Assembly (NCBI GenBank): GCA_963771075.1
Contig: CAVYSE010000023.1
Span: 32,001 to 96,000 of the forward strand
Direction: 5' to 3'
Source: a candidate division FCPU426 bacterium
GTDB taxonomy: Bacteria; Oederibacteriota; Muellerivitia; Muellerivitales; Muellerivitaceae
DNA length: 64,000 nt
Part shown: piece by piece, positions 51,088-58,842 of the stretch
How positions within the stretch are numbered: the first letter of the stretch is position 1
How the letters are laid out: the number at the start of each line of letters is the position of its first letter
Program-made: the position numbers and the translations under genes
Notes under the pieces: model-generated
What the model saw: only the letters and a program-made list of their open reading frames with translations
Told to the model about the DNA's origin: nothing
Database searches by the model: none

Positions 51088-51161
51088 CCAAACTGCCAAC
51101 TGCCAACCCTTCGACTTTGCTCAGGGCCCTGAGGTTCTCGAAGGGCTGCCGACCGCGGACT
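51088..51161 (-). repeat. 7-nt tandem repeat array 4 (reverse) interrupted by a REP-like palindrome
   Basis: CCAAACT GCCAACT GCCAAC [palindrome 51107-51145] CT GCCGACC GCGGACT. Confidence 0.75.
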
Positions 51162-51169
51162 GAAGTACC

Positions 51170-52213
51170 ATGAAGGCAATCATCCTCGTAGGCGGCCAGG
51201 GAACCCGGATGCGGCCCCTAACGGACCGGCTTCCGAAGAACATCGCGCCCCTTTGCGGCACCCCCTTCCTCACCTACCAATTCGAGTTCTTGAAATCCGC
51301 CGGGGTCAAGGAAATCGTCCTTTCGCTTGGGTATCGTCCGGACGACATCCGCCAGATCTACGGCAACGGCCGAAAATTCGGCATGAAGATCTATTACGTC
51401 ATGGAAGACGCTCCCCTGGGAACCTCGGGGGCCATCAAGAACGCCGAGCGCTTCGTCAAGGGATCCCCGGTGGTGGTCATGAACGGGGACATCTTGACGG
51501 ATATCCCCCTGAAAAAAATGATCGCGGCCCATTACGAGGCCGGCAACCTGGCCACCCTGGGCCTGGTGCGGGTGGAGGACCCCAGCCCTTACGGCCTGGT
51601 GATTTTGAATTCCCAGGGGAAAATCCAAAAGTTCCTCGAAAAACCCAAGCCCGATGAGACGGTGGTGGACACCATCAACGCCGGGGTTTACGTCTTCGAG
51701 CCGGGGGTGATGGATTTTATTCCCTCCGGCGTCAACCATTCCGCGGAAAGAGGCCTTTTCCCCGCGCTGTTGCAGGCGGGCGTGCCCTTCGGGGGCTATG
51801 TTTGGAAAGGCTATTGGCAGGATATCGGCACGCCCCGCAAGTACCTCACCACCCAGTGGGATGTCCTGAACGGGGCCTTTCCCATCCATTCACGCGTGAA
51901 GAGGGGACCCAACCATATCTACCGGGGCAAGCGGGTTTGGATCGGCCGGGACGCGGTGGTGCAGGGACCCGTGCTTTTGGAAGAAGGATGCTTCATCGGC
52001 GACGGGGCTAAGATATTGCCCTATTCGGTGATCGGGAGAAAATGCATGATCGGGCCGGGAGCCGTGATCTCCAAAAGCCTTTTGTGGGATGGCGTCAAAG
52101 TGGGGAAAGACGCGAAATTGGAAGAAGCGATCCTGGGACGCAAATGCGTCGTTGGGGAAGGCGCCCAGCCTTCTCCCGGGGGGGTATGGGGGGACGAAAG
52201 TCAGGTTTCTTGA
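51170..52213 (+). CDS. NDP-sugar pyrophosphorylase (mannose-1-phosphate guanylyltransferase-like)
   Basis: ILVGGQGTRMRPLT, PLGTSG, NGDILTD, FLEKP, WQDIGTP, C-terminal LbH. Confidence 0.9.
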   Translation: MKAIILVGGQGTRMRPLTDRLPKNIAPLCGTPFLTYQFEFLKSAGVKEIVLSLGYRPDDIRQIYGNGRKFGMKIYYVMEDAPLGTSGAIKNAERFVKGSPVVVMNGDILTDIPLKKMIAAHYEAGNLATLGLVRVEDPSPYGLVILNSQGKIQKFLEKPKPDETVVDTINAGVYVFEPGVMDFIPSGVNHSAERGLFPALLQAGVPFGGYVWKGYWQDIGTPRKYLTTQWDVLNGAFPIHSRVKRGPNHIYRGKRVWIGRDAVVQGPVLLEEGCFIGDGAKILPYSVIGRKCMIGPGAVISKSLLWDGVKVGKDAKLEEAILGRKCVVGEGAQPSPGGVWGDESQVS

Positions 52214-52288
52214 TTTCATTTCTTCGCCCTTTGGGATGGCGGGCCCAATGGAAACCTCGCATTTGCACTAAGCTTCCGGTTTTGCGCA

Positions 52289-52317
52289 TTGACGGGTTTC
52301 TGCCCCTCCCTTAAAAT
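52289..52317 (+). promoter_or_regulatory. putative sigma70 promoter
   Basis: TTGACG, 17-bp spacer, TAAAAT upstream of the TPR gene. Confidence 0.6.
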
Positions 52318-52365
52318 CGTTCACCGGATCATTTCAAGGTGTTTATTTGCTCTTTAGGAGCCGTA

Positions 52366-53646
52366 ATGCTTCTTCGAATCAGCCTTTTTTCCTTTCTCTC
52401 CTCCCTTTTTTTCATGTCTTTTTGCCATCCCATCCCCTCTTGGGGCGCGGAGCCCGATAGCCAGTATTACCTGGATAAGGCCAATGTTTACCTGAAAGAG
52501 GGCAAATCCAGCGATGCCATTAATTATTTGAAAGAGGCGGTGGAAAGAAATCCATATAACGTGGAAGCCCGAAACAACCTTGGAAAAATTTACGCCCAGC
52601 GCGACCTTTATGACCAGGCCATGGAGCAGTTTGACAAGGCCCTTTCCGTCCAACCCAATTATGTCCAGGCCCTTTCCAACAAGGCTTACGTTTACTTGCA
52701 ACGCCGAGCTTATCCCTTATGCGTCCAATATGCCCAAAAAGCGTTGGTCCTGGACCCCAGTTTGGGATCGGCCCATTACAATTTGGGGCTGGCTTATTTC
52801 GCCCAAGAACGCTATCCCGAAGCCGTCCTTGAGATCAAAAAAGCGGTCAAGGCCTTCCCCGAGAATTCAGAGGTCTATGAGCGCCTAGGCGACCTCTACC
52901 AGGTTCAGTCTAAAAACGAGGAGGCCTTTGCCTATTACCGGCAGGCCTTGGATGTGAATCCGCTGAATACCTCAGCCCGGTCCAAATTGGGAAATGTTTA
53001 TTCGCAAGAGGGGTCTGATAAAAAGGCGGTCCTACAATACCAGGCCGCTGTGGACCTGAATCCTTCCGACATAGCCGCCCGTTACCAATTAGCCCAACAT
53101 GACGAGGATATCCGGGACTGGCCCAATGCCCGCAAACAATACCTGGCGATCCTTTCTTTGGATGACCGCCAGGCAGCGGCCCATCGGCAGGTCGCGAAAA
53201 TATGCGAACGAAACGATGAGATGGGATTGGCGCTTTACCATTGGGAAAAATACGCCGCCCTGAATCCGTCGGATACTAGCGTTCAAAAGCATATCGACGA
53301 CATTCGCAAGCCCCTTTTGACGAAGAAACAGGCCGAACAAATGGCGGCCTTCCAAAGCCAATTACAGCAGAAACAGCAGGCCCAGCAGACCCCGAGCCCT
53401 GTTCCTCCCAAGAATAATTTGTGGAGCGGTCCCAAACCCACGGATAATTCCAACCCGACCCCGGTGGTGCCCGTCGTGCCGTTGGCGGATCAGTCCACCT
53501 ATTCAAGCGCGTCTCACGCACCCAGCGCGCCTGCGCCGAGCGCCCCCTCGGCGGTGGTTTACGATACACCCACTCCTTCGGTTCAATTGGTGCCGGTGGA
53601 TATCGTTCAACCCACCCCTTCCGACATCGCCACCCTTCCCAAATAG
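52366..53646 (+). CDS. exported TPR-repeat protein with a Gln/Pro/Ser/Thr-rich C-terminal tail
   Basis: Signal-peptide-like N-terminus, about 8 TPRs (ARNNLG, AHYNLG, VYERLG), low-complexity tail; AGGAG precedes ATG 52366. Confidence 0.85.
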   Translation: MLLRISLFSFLSSLFFMSFCHPIPSWGAEPDSQYYLDKANVYLKEGKSSDAINYLKEAVERNPYNVEARNNLGKIYAQRDLYDQAMEQFDKALSVQPNYVQALSNKAYVYLQRRAYPLCVQYAQKALVLDPSLGSAHYNLGLAYFAQERYPEAVLEIKKAVKAFPENSEVYERLGDLYQVQSKNEEAFAYYRQALDVNPLNTSARSKLGNVYSQEGSDKKAVLQYQAAVDLNPSDIAARYQLAQHDEDIRDWPNARKQYLAILSLDDRQAAAHRQVAKICERNDEMGLALYHWEKYAALNPSDTSVQKHIDDIRKPLLTKKQAEQMAAFQSQLQQKQQAQQTPSPVPPKNNLWSGPKPTDNSNPTPVVPVVPLADQSTYSSASHAPSAPAPSAPSAVVYDTPTPSVQLVPVDIVQPTPSDIATLPK

Positions 53647-53738
53647 ACCGATTTTTCGAAGCTGCCGGATGGGGGTTTGCCATCTTGCGGGTTTTTCCAA
53701 CCGTTCGTTACCATCAACAAAGGGAGACGATCCTATAA

Positions 53739-54457
53739 ATGCGTTTTGCCATCCTTTTACCGGTCTATAACGAGGCTCCCACCCTGGAAAGGGTCGTCAA
53801 AAAACTTTCCGATTTCGCCGAGGCCGACGTGGTCGTGGTGGATGATGGTTCCACCGACGCCACACCCTCCATCCTGGAAAGACTCAAGGTCGCCGCGATT
53901 ATCCGCCATGACAAAAACCTGGGTTACGGCCAAACCCTGATGGACGCGTTCCGCTTCGTCATCGACCATGGATATGGTTCCTGTGTGACCCTGGACGCGG
54001 ATGAACAGCATGAACCGGCCTTTATCCCCCGGTTTTTGGAGGATTTGACCCGGTTCGACATTGTTTCGGGGAGCCGTTACCTCAACCCCCTGCTGGCGAC
54101 GGACCACCCCCCCCGGAACGGTTGGAAGTTAACGAAATTATCACGGCTAAATTGAAGCACTTGACAGGTTATAATCTGACCGACAGTTTTTGCGGTTTTA
54201 AGGGTTATCGCGTGGATGGTTTAAAAAAACTTCGACTGACAGAGACTAATTATGGTTTCCCGCTCCAACTCTGGCTCCAGGCCGCAAAAGTGGGTTTGAC
54301 AGTGGTTGAATGCGCCGTACCCTTGATTTACAAGGACCATACCCGGAATTTCAACAACCGATTCAATACCCGGGATGAGAGGTTGAATCATTATTTGGAA
54401 GTGATGGAACGGGAGGCGAAACTTTTGGGCCTTCCGCTGGCCACGAACCAAACTTAA
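53739..54457 (+). CDS. GT2 glycosyltransferase, frameshifted at a C8 tract
   Basis: LPVYNE, VDDGSTD, LDADEQH, GSRY, then DSFCGFK in the next frame; C9 at 54107-54114 would restore the frame. Confidence 0.82.
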
Positions 54458-54474
54458 AGTAAAAGGAGATTCCC

Positions 54475-56064
54475 ATGGGTGAAACGACCGGAAATATCCC
54501 GCAAGGACATGGGAGCCTTTACTTTAATCCGCCCCTGGCCCTGTGGAAGGAAGAAGCCCTCCGCAATCGGGAAAAGGCGGTCAAGGCCCTCGTCTGGGGC
54601 CAAAACGCGTTGAAGGTCCGGGCGGCCTTGAAGTTGCCGATCAATCAACCCCTCATTCTTTCGGGACACCAGCCTGTTTTCTTCCATCCGGGCCTATGGA
54701 CCAAATGCCTGGCCGCCTCCTACCTGGCCGAGTCTGTCCAGGGAACCGCCTGCCATAAGGTGACGGATACGGCCCTGGCGGCGGAATACCTGCATTACCT
54801 GCCGGAGGTGGAGGAGAACGGCAAGGCGCGCATGAAGACGCTCCGATTTTACAAAAACAAGGAATTCATCGATCAGGAAAAAACAACCCCCTATTGCCTC
54901 ATGCCCGCGCCCGATCATGAGGCGGTGAAGAACATCTTTTCCGAGGCTCAGGTCTATTGCCCCTCTTCGGTGAAAAACGCCATGCGGGGGGTCGAAAGTC
55001 AATTCATGGGAGGCCTTCTCAAGAACGCGACGTGGAACGAATTCCATCTCTCCACCCTCAAGTATTTGGATACCTTGAGCCAAACCCAGAGGATTTACCT
55101 GGAGGCCCACCGTCTTTGGGAAACCGATCCTTATTATGAATTCCTGGCCCATTGGATGTCCCACTTGCCCGAATTGACGGAAGCCTACAATAAGTCCCTG
55201 GATGATTACCGGACCCGCTACGGCATCAAGCACGATTTGACCCCCCTTCCCAACCTAAAATTCGAGAACTGGTGGTTCGAGATACCCTTCTGGGGAGTCA
55301 CCAAGTACAACCATCGGCAATCCCTTTGGGCCAAGGATGACGGAAAACACCTGGTGCTCAAGATCAAGGGCGGGGAAGGGACTTTCCAGGCCAGCCACGA
55401 GAACCTGAAAGGGGAGCTGATGACCCTTCCCATCAAGGTCTGGCCCAAGGCCCTGCCCCAGACCTTTTTCTGCCGCATGTACCTCTGCGACTTTTTTATC
55501 CATGGCATCGGGGGAAGCGCCTACGAGGAAGTGAACGACCTGTTCATTGAAAAGGTGTTGGGGATCAAACCCCCCGCCTTTGGCACGGCGACCGCCACCT
55601 GGTTGGTGGAACCGAAGGACAGCGAGGCGTTGGACAAGGTCGCCGGTTTTGAGGATAAAATTTTAAGCTGGGAAAGGATTCTGGAAAAAAATCCCGAGTA
55701 CCTTTTTTTGAAAGCGGAAGCCTGGAAAACCGAATTACCGGCATTCATGCATAGCGCCTTCCTGGCTTGTTTGAACAACGCCCCGCTCGCGGCCAAGGCC
55801 GCGGAAAAGGGGAAGTGGGTGGAGTTGTTGAAAAATCCCGCGAGAAAGGCCGAGGCTTCCCTGAGGATCAAGGATATTAATTCGATCTTGTCGGAAGGAT
55901 TGACGGAAGTCATGAAAGTGGTCTTAAAAGGAAAATTGGAGATCGAGCAGGTGAAGCAAAGCCGGGACGTGTTGTCTTACCGTAAGTATCCCTATTTCTG
56001 TTACAGTTCCGAAGCCTTTCTCGAATTGAAAGCCAAGGTTCGGGCCTTGATCCCCTCCAGTTGA
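54475..56064 (+). CDS. hypothetical protein, possibly distant BshC-like
   Basis: 529 aa; SGHQP and FIHGIGGSAY motifs at positions analogous to BshC motifs; helical C-terminus. Confidence 0.5.
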   Translation: MGETTGNIPQGHGSLYFNPPLALWKEEALRNREKAVKALVWGQNALKVRAALKLPINQPLILSGHQPVFFHPGLWTKCLAASYLAESVQGTACHKVTDTALAAEYLHYLPEVEENGKARMKTLRFYKNKEFIDQEKTTPYCLMPAPDHEAVKNIFSEAQVYCPSSVKNAMRGVESQFMGGLLKNATWNEFHLSTLKYLDTLSQTQRIYLEAHRLWETDPYYEFLAHWMSHLPELTEAYNKSLDDYRTRYGIKHDLTPLPNLKFENWWFEIPFWGVTKYNHRQSLWAKDDGKHLVLKIKGGEGTFQASHENLKGELMTLPIKVWPKALPQTFFCRMYLCDFFIHGIGGSAYEEVNDLFIEKVLGIKPPAFGTATATWLVEPKDSEALDKVAGFEDKILSWERILEKNPEYLFLKAEAWKTELPAFMHSAFLACLNNAPLAAKAAEKGKWVELLKNPARKAEASLRIKDINSILSEGLTEVMKVVLKGKLEIEQVKQSRDVLSYRKYPYFCYSSEAFLELKAKVRALIPSS

Positions 56065-56084
56065 ACGGCCCCTACCCCCGCCCC

Positions 56085-56534
56085 ATGGAACAACCCCTGT
56101 TGGAAATCGAAATACTTCCGGGTCAAGAGGACTTGGGCTTGCCCGCCTATGCCACGGAAGGCTCGGCGGGTTTGGACCTGAAGGCCGCCCTGGCGGCCGA
56201 TCTGGTATTGGCGCCGGGCGAGAGGGGAGTGGTTCCCACCGGTTTGAGGATGGCGATCCCTTCGGGCTTTGAAGGCTGTGTCCGGCCCCGAAGCGGGCTG
56301 GCCCTCAAATACGGGCTGACCCTCACGAACGCGCCGGGAACCATCGACTCGGATTATCGGGGCGAGGTAAAAGTCCTTATGGTCAATTTGGGCAAGGAGC
56401 CCGTGACCCTGAAAAGGGGGGACCGCGTGGCGCAATTGCTGATCTCTCCCGTGGCAAAGGCTCAGATTCGTCAGGTGAAAAGCCTCGATGAAACGGCGAG
56501 GGGCGAGGGCGGGTTCGGCCACACGGGAACCTGA
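56085..56534 (+). CDS. dut: dUTP diphosphatase
   Basis: SAGLDL, RPRSGLA, GTIDSDYRGE, RGEGGFGHTG. Confidence 0.95.
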   Translation: MEQPLLEIEILPGQEDLGLPAYATEGSAGLDLKAALAADLVLAPGERGVVPTGLRMAIPSGFEGCVRPRSGLALKYGLTLTNAPGTIDSDYRGEVKVLMVNLGKEPVTLKRGDRVAQLLISPVAKAQIRQVKSLDETARGEGGFGHTGT

Positions 56535-56614
56535 TTTCGCGGTCAGCGATTGGCAGACGGTCAATCCTTTAAAACCACCAGATGATGTTGAAGGCCCTTG
56601 GCGGGAACTCCTTA

Positions 56615-57199
56615 ATGAACTCACATAAAGATAAAAGACTTTTTATATCCGGTATTCCAACATCAGGAAAATCGTATTTGGCGGATAAGCTTGCCAAGGA
56701 AATAAACGGCATAGCCGTCCATTTGGATCATTACAGAATAGATTTCGCGAAAGAAGAAAAATACAGGAAATGGACGGATTTTCTGTTTGATAAAAATGAA
56801 TATGAATATTTAACTAAAACAACTCCGGATCATTTGTGGAAAAATCTTGTCGCCCAATCCGAAGGGTTGTGGCCGGCTTTTTCTAAAAAAATAGAAAAGT
56901 ACAAAGCGGAAGAAAAACCAGTGGTATTCGAGTGCGTCAATATACTCCCGCATATTGCGAAACAATATTTGGATTTCCCCGGTATTGTTCTAATTGGAAA
57001 TTCCTATGAAATAGTTCTCGAAAGAAATAAACAAGCTCCTCGTTTGGGAAAAACCCCTGAATTACAGGCATTGGAAGCAAGGTGGTTTTTTGAGGTGGAA
57101 CGGCCCCATTACAAGGCGGAAGCGGAAAAATATAAATACCCGGTATTTGAATCCGCAGATGAAGCGCTTGAAAAAGCACTTCAATTTCTCAAGGTATGA
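56615..57199 (+). CDS. P-loop NTPase/kinase-like hypothetical protein (AT-rich)
   Basis: FISGIPTSGKS Walker A near the N-terminus. Confidence 0.75.
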   Translation: MNSHKDKRLFISGIPTSGKSYLADKLAKEINGIAVHLDHYRIDFAKEEKYRKWTDFLFDKNEYEYLTKTTPDHLWKNLVAQSEGLWPAFSKKIEKYKAEEKPVVFECVNILPHIAKQYLDFPGIVLIGNSYEIVLERNKQAPRLGKTPELQALEARWFFEVERPHYKAEAEKYKYPVFESADEALEKALQFLKV

Positions 57200-57544
57200 C
57201 TTTAAACAAAAAGATCGGTGGCCTACCCGCGAAGGGGACCCATCGCGGACAGGCGGCCATTTCCAAGAGTGGCGTGGAGCAAGCCCGGTTTGCTGCGTTC
57301 CTGTTTTAACCCCTTGAATAGGGTTACAAACGGTCCAACCCATCCGGGTTGTCAAGATCCAACAAATCATTGGATAAATGAATCCATCGATGGACTTATA
57401 CATCTATTCGTATTTTTGACCTAAATGTTCCTCCCAAAATGCAAAAAATCTTACCAAGATACTTTCGCCGTCCTCAGTACCTATTTTCGAATCGCGGGGA
57501 AATGATCCGGACAAAAAAGCCTTGGCAATTCCAAGTGGCGGCGT

Positions 57545-57574
57545 TGAATATATGAATAGATTGGAATATATTCA
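57545..57574. promoter_or_regulatory. putative ArsR operator (inverted repeat)
   Basis: TGAATATAT-N12-ATATATTCA, 20 bp upstream of the ArsR start. Confidence 0.55.
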
Positions 57575-57594
57575 TTGAACCAAGGGGAGCCCTC

Positions 57595-57927
57595 GTGATC
57601 GATCCAGACTTCGTGTTCAAAATCAAATCCGACTTTTTGAAGGCCCTGGCCCATCCCGGCCGGCTCAAGATCATCGAGCACCTCAAGCGCGGTGAAAAAT
57701 CCGTCAACGAAATATGCAAGGCCCTGGAAATGGAACAGTCGGGCCTTTCCAAGCACCTGTCCATCCTGAAGCAGGCCGGCATCCTGAATTCCCGGCAGGA
57801 AAAGGTGACGGTGTTCTATTCGGTCCGGGACAAGGGGATTTACGACGTTTTAAAGCGCGTTTCCCTTTTCCTCAAAAAAAAGTTCAAGGAAAGCCAGGCC
57901 GTCCTGGACCACCTGGGCAAAAACTGA
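57595..57927 (+). CDS. ArsR/SmtB-family transcriptional regulator
   Basis: LKALAHPGRLKII, SVNEI, LSKHLSILKQAG. Confidence 0.92.
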   Translation: MIDPDFVFKIKSDFLKALAHPGRLKIIEHLKRGEKSVNEICKALEMEQSGLSKHLSILKQAGILNSRQEKVTVFYSVRDKGIYDVLKRVSLFLKKKFKESQAVLDHLGKN

Positions 57928-57971
57928 GATGAACCGAAGGCCCCATCCTTGCTTAATCACGGAGATCAAAC

Positions 57972-58631
57972 ATGCAGTGGACGGTTAAAGAAGCCTCGGA
58001 ATTCCTACAGATTCCGGAAGACACCCTCTTCGACTGGATCGATAAAAGAGACCTTCCGGCCACCCGTTTCAACGGCCGGTACCATTTCAACCGCATGAAA
58101 TTGATGGATTGGGCCCACGAAAACGCGGTTCCCGTTTTGATCCCCAATGGGGTCGATTTGCCTTCCTTAAAGGAGGCCCTGGAAGAGGGGGGAATTTATG
58201 AAAACATCGAGGGAGCGGATAAACCCGAGATTTTCAAGAATATAGTGAATTTCCTCAAAATCCCAGTGGAAGAGGATAAGGAACTGGTTTGCCAAATGAT
58301 CCTTTCCCGGGAAAGGGAAGGCTCCACCGAGTTGGGAAACGGTATCGCCATCCCCCATGCCCGGCACCCGATTTTGCTGCAAGTGGCAAAGCCCATGGTG
58401 GCCCTTTGCTATTTGAAGAATCCCGTCTTATTCGGGGAGGCCGAGCGGAAACCGGTTTCCGTCCTTTTCGTGGTCCTTTCCCCCAGTATCCGGATGCACC
58501 TGCATTTCCTGGAGCGGCTGGGTTTCGCGCTCCGGGACAAGGAATTTTCCGATTTGGTCCTGGAGCGCGCGCCCCAAACGAAAATCATGGAACGGCTGAC
58601 GGTTCTAAGGGATCAGTTGGAGAAACGGTAA
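57972..58631 (+). CDS. excisionase-type HTH fused to a PTS IIA (PtsN-like) domain
   Basis: TVKEASEFL...LPA HTH; RE...ST.LGNGIAIPHAR phospho-His motif. Confidence 0.88.
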   Translation: MQWTVKEASEFLQIPEDTLFDWIDKRDLPATRFNGRYHFNRMKLMDWAHENAVPVLIPNGVDLPSLKEALEEGGIYENIEGADKPEIFKNIVNFLKIPVEEDKELVCQMILSREREGSTELGNGIAIPHARHPILLQVAKPMVALCYLKNPVLFGEAERKPVSVLFVVLSPSIRMHLHFLERLGFALRDKEFSDLVLERAPQTKIMERLTVLRDQLEKR

Positions 58632-58654
58632 GGGTTTTGGTTTTAATATTCTCC

Positions 58655-58743
58655 CCTTCTCCCCTTGAGGGAGAAGGATGGGATGAGGGGGATTCCAGTC
58701 GCAAACGCCCCTCACCCTAACCCTCTCCCTCAAGGGGAGAGGG
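58655..58743. repeat. REP-like inverted repeat pair
   Basis: 36-nt arms 58655-58690 and 58708-58743 are reverse complements at 31/36 positions; each arm is internally palindromic. Confidence 0.85.
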
Positions 58744-58842
58744 TCAATTTATAAACCGCGCCAAGTGCATAGTGCCGATTGTTTTTGGACCGGGAATTAC
58801 GAAGGACGTCTTAGTCTGACGGGTTGGAAGTAGAAAGGAAGC

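Noticed and set aside
47690..51161. Heptamer arrays as a CRISPR array or as DGR template/variable repeats
   Set aside because: Units are 7 nt with no unique spacers, and there are no cas genes. No reverse transcriptase or ~100-nt TR/VR pair was seen despite the bAvd-like fold.
57200..57540. Possible ncRNA or riboswitch in the intergenic region
   Set aside because: Only isolated weak hairpins (e.g. CCGCGA/TCGCGG) and no recognisable family motif
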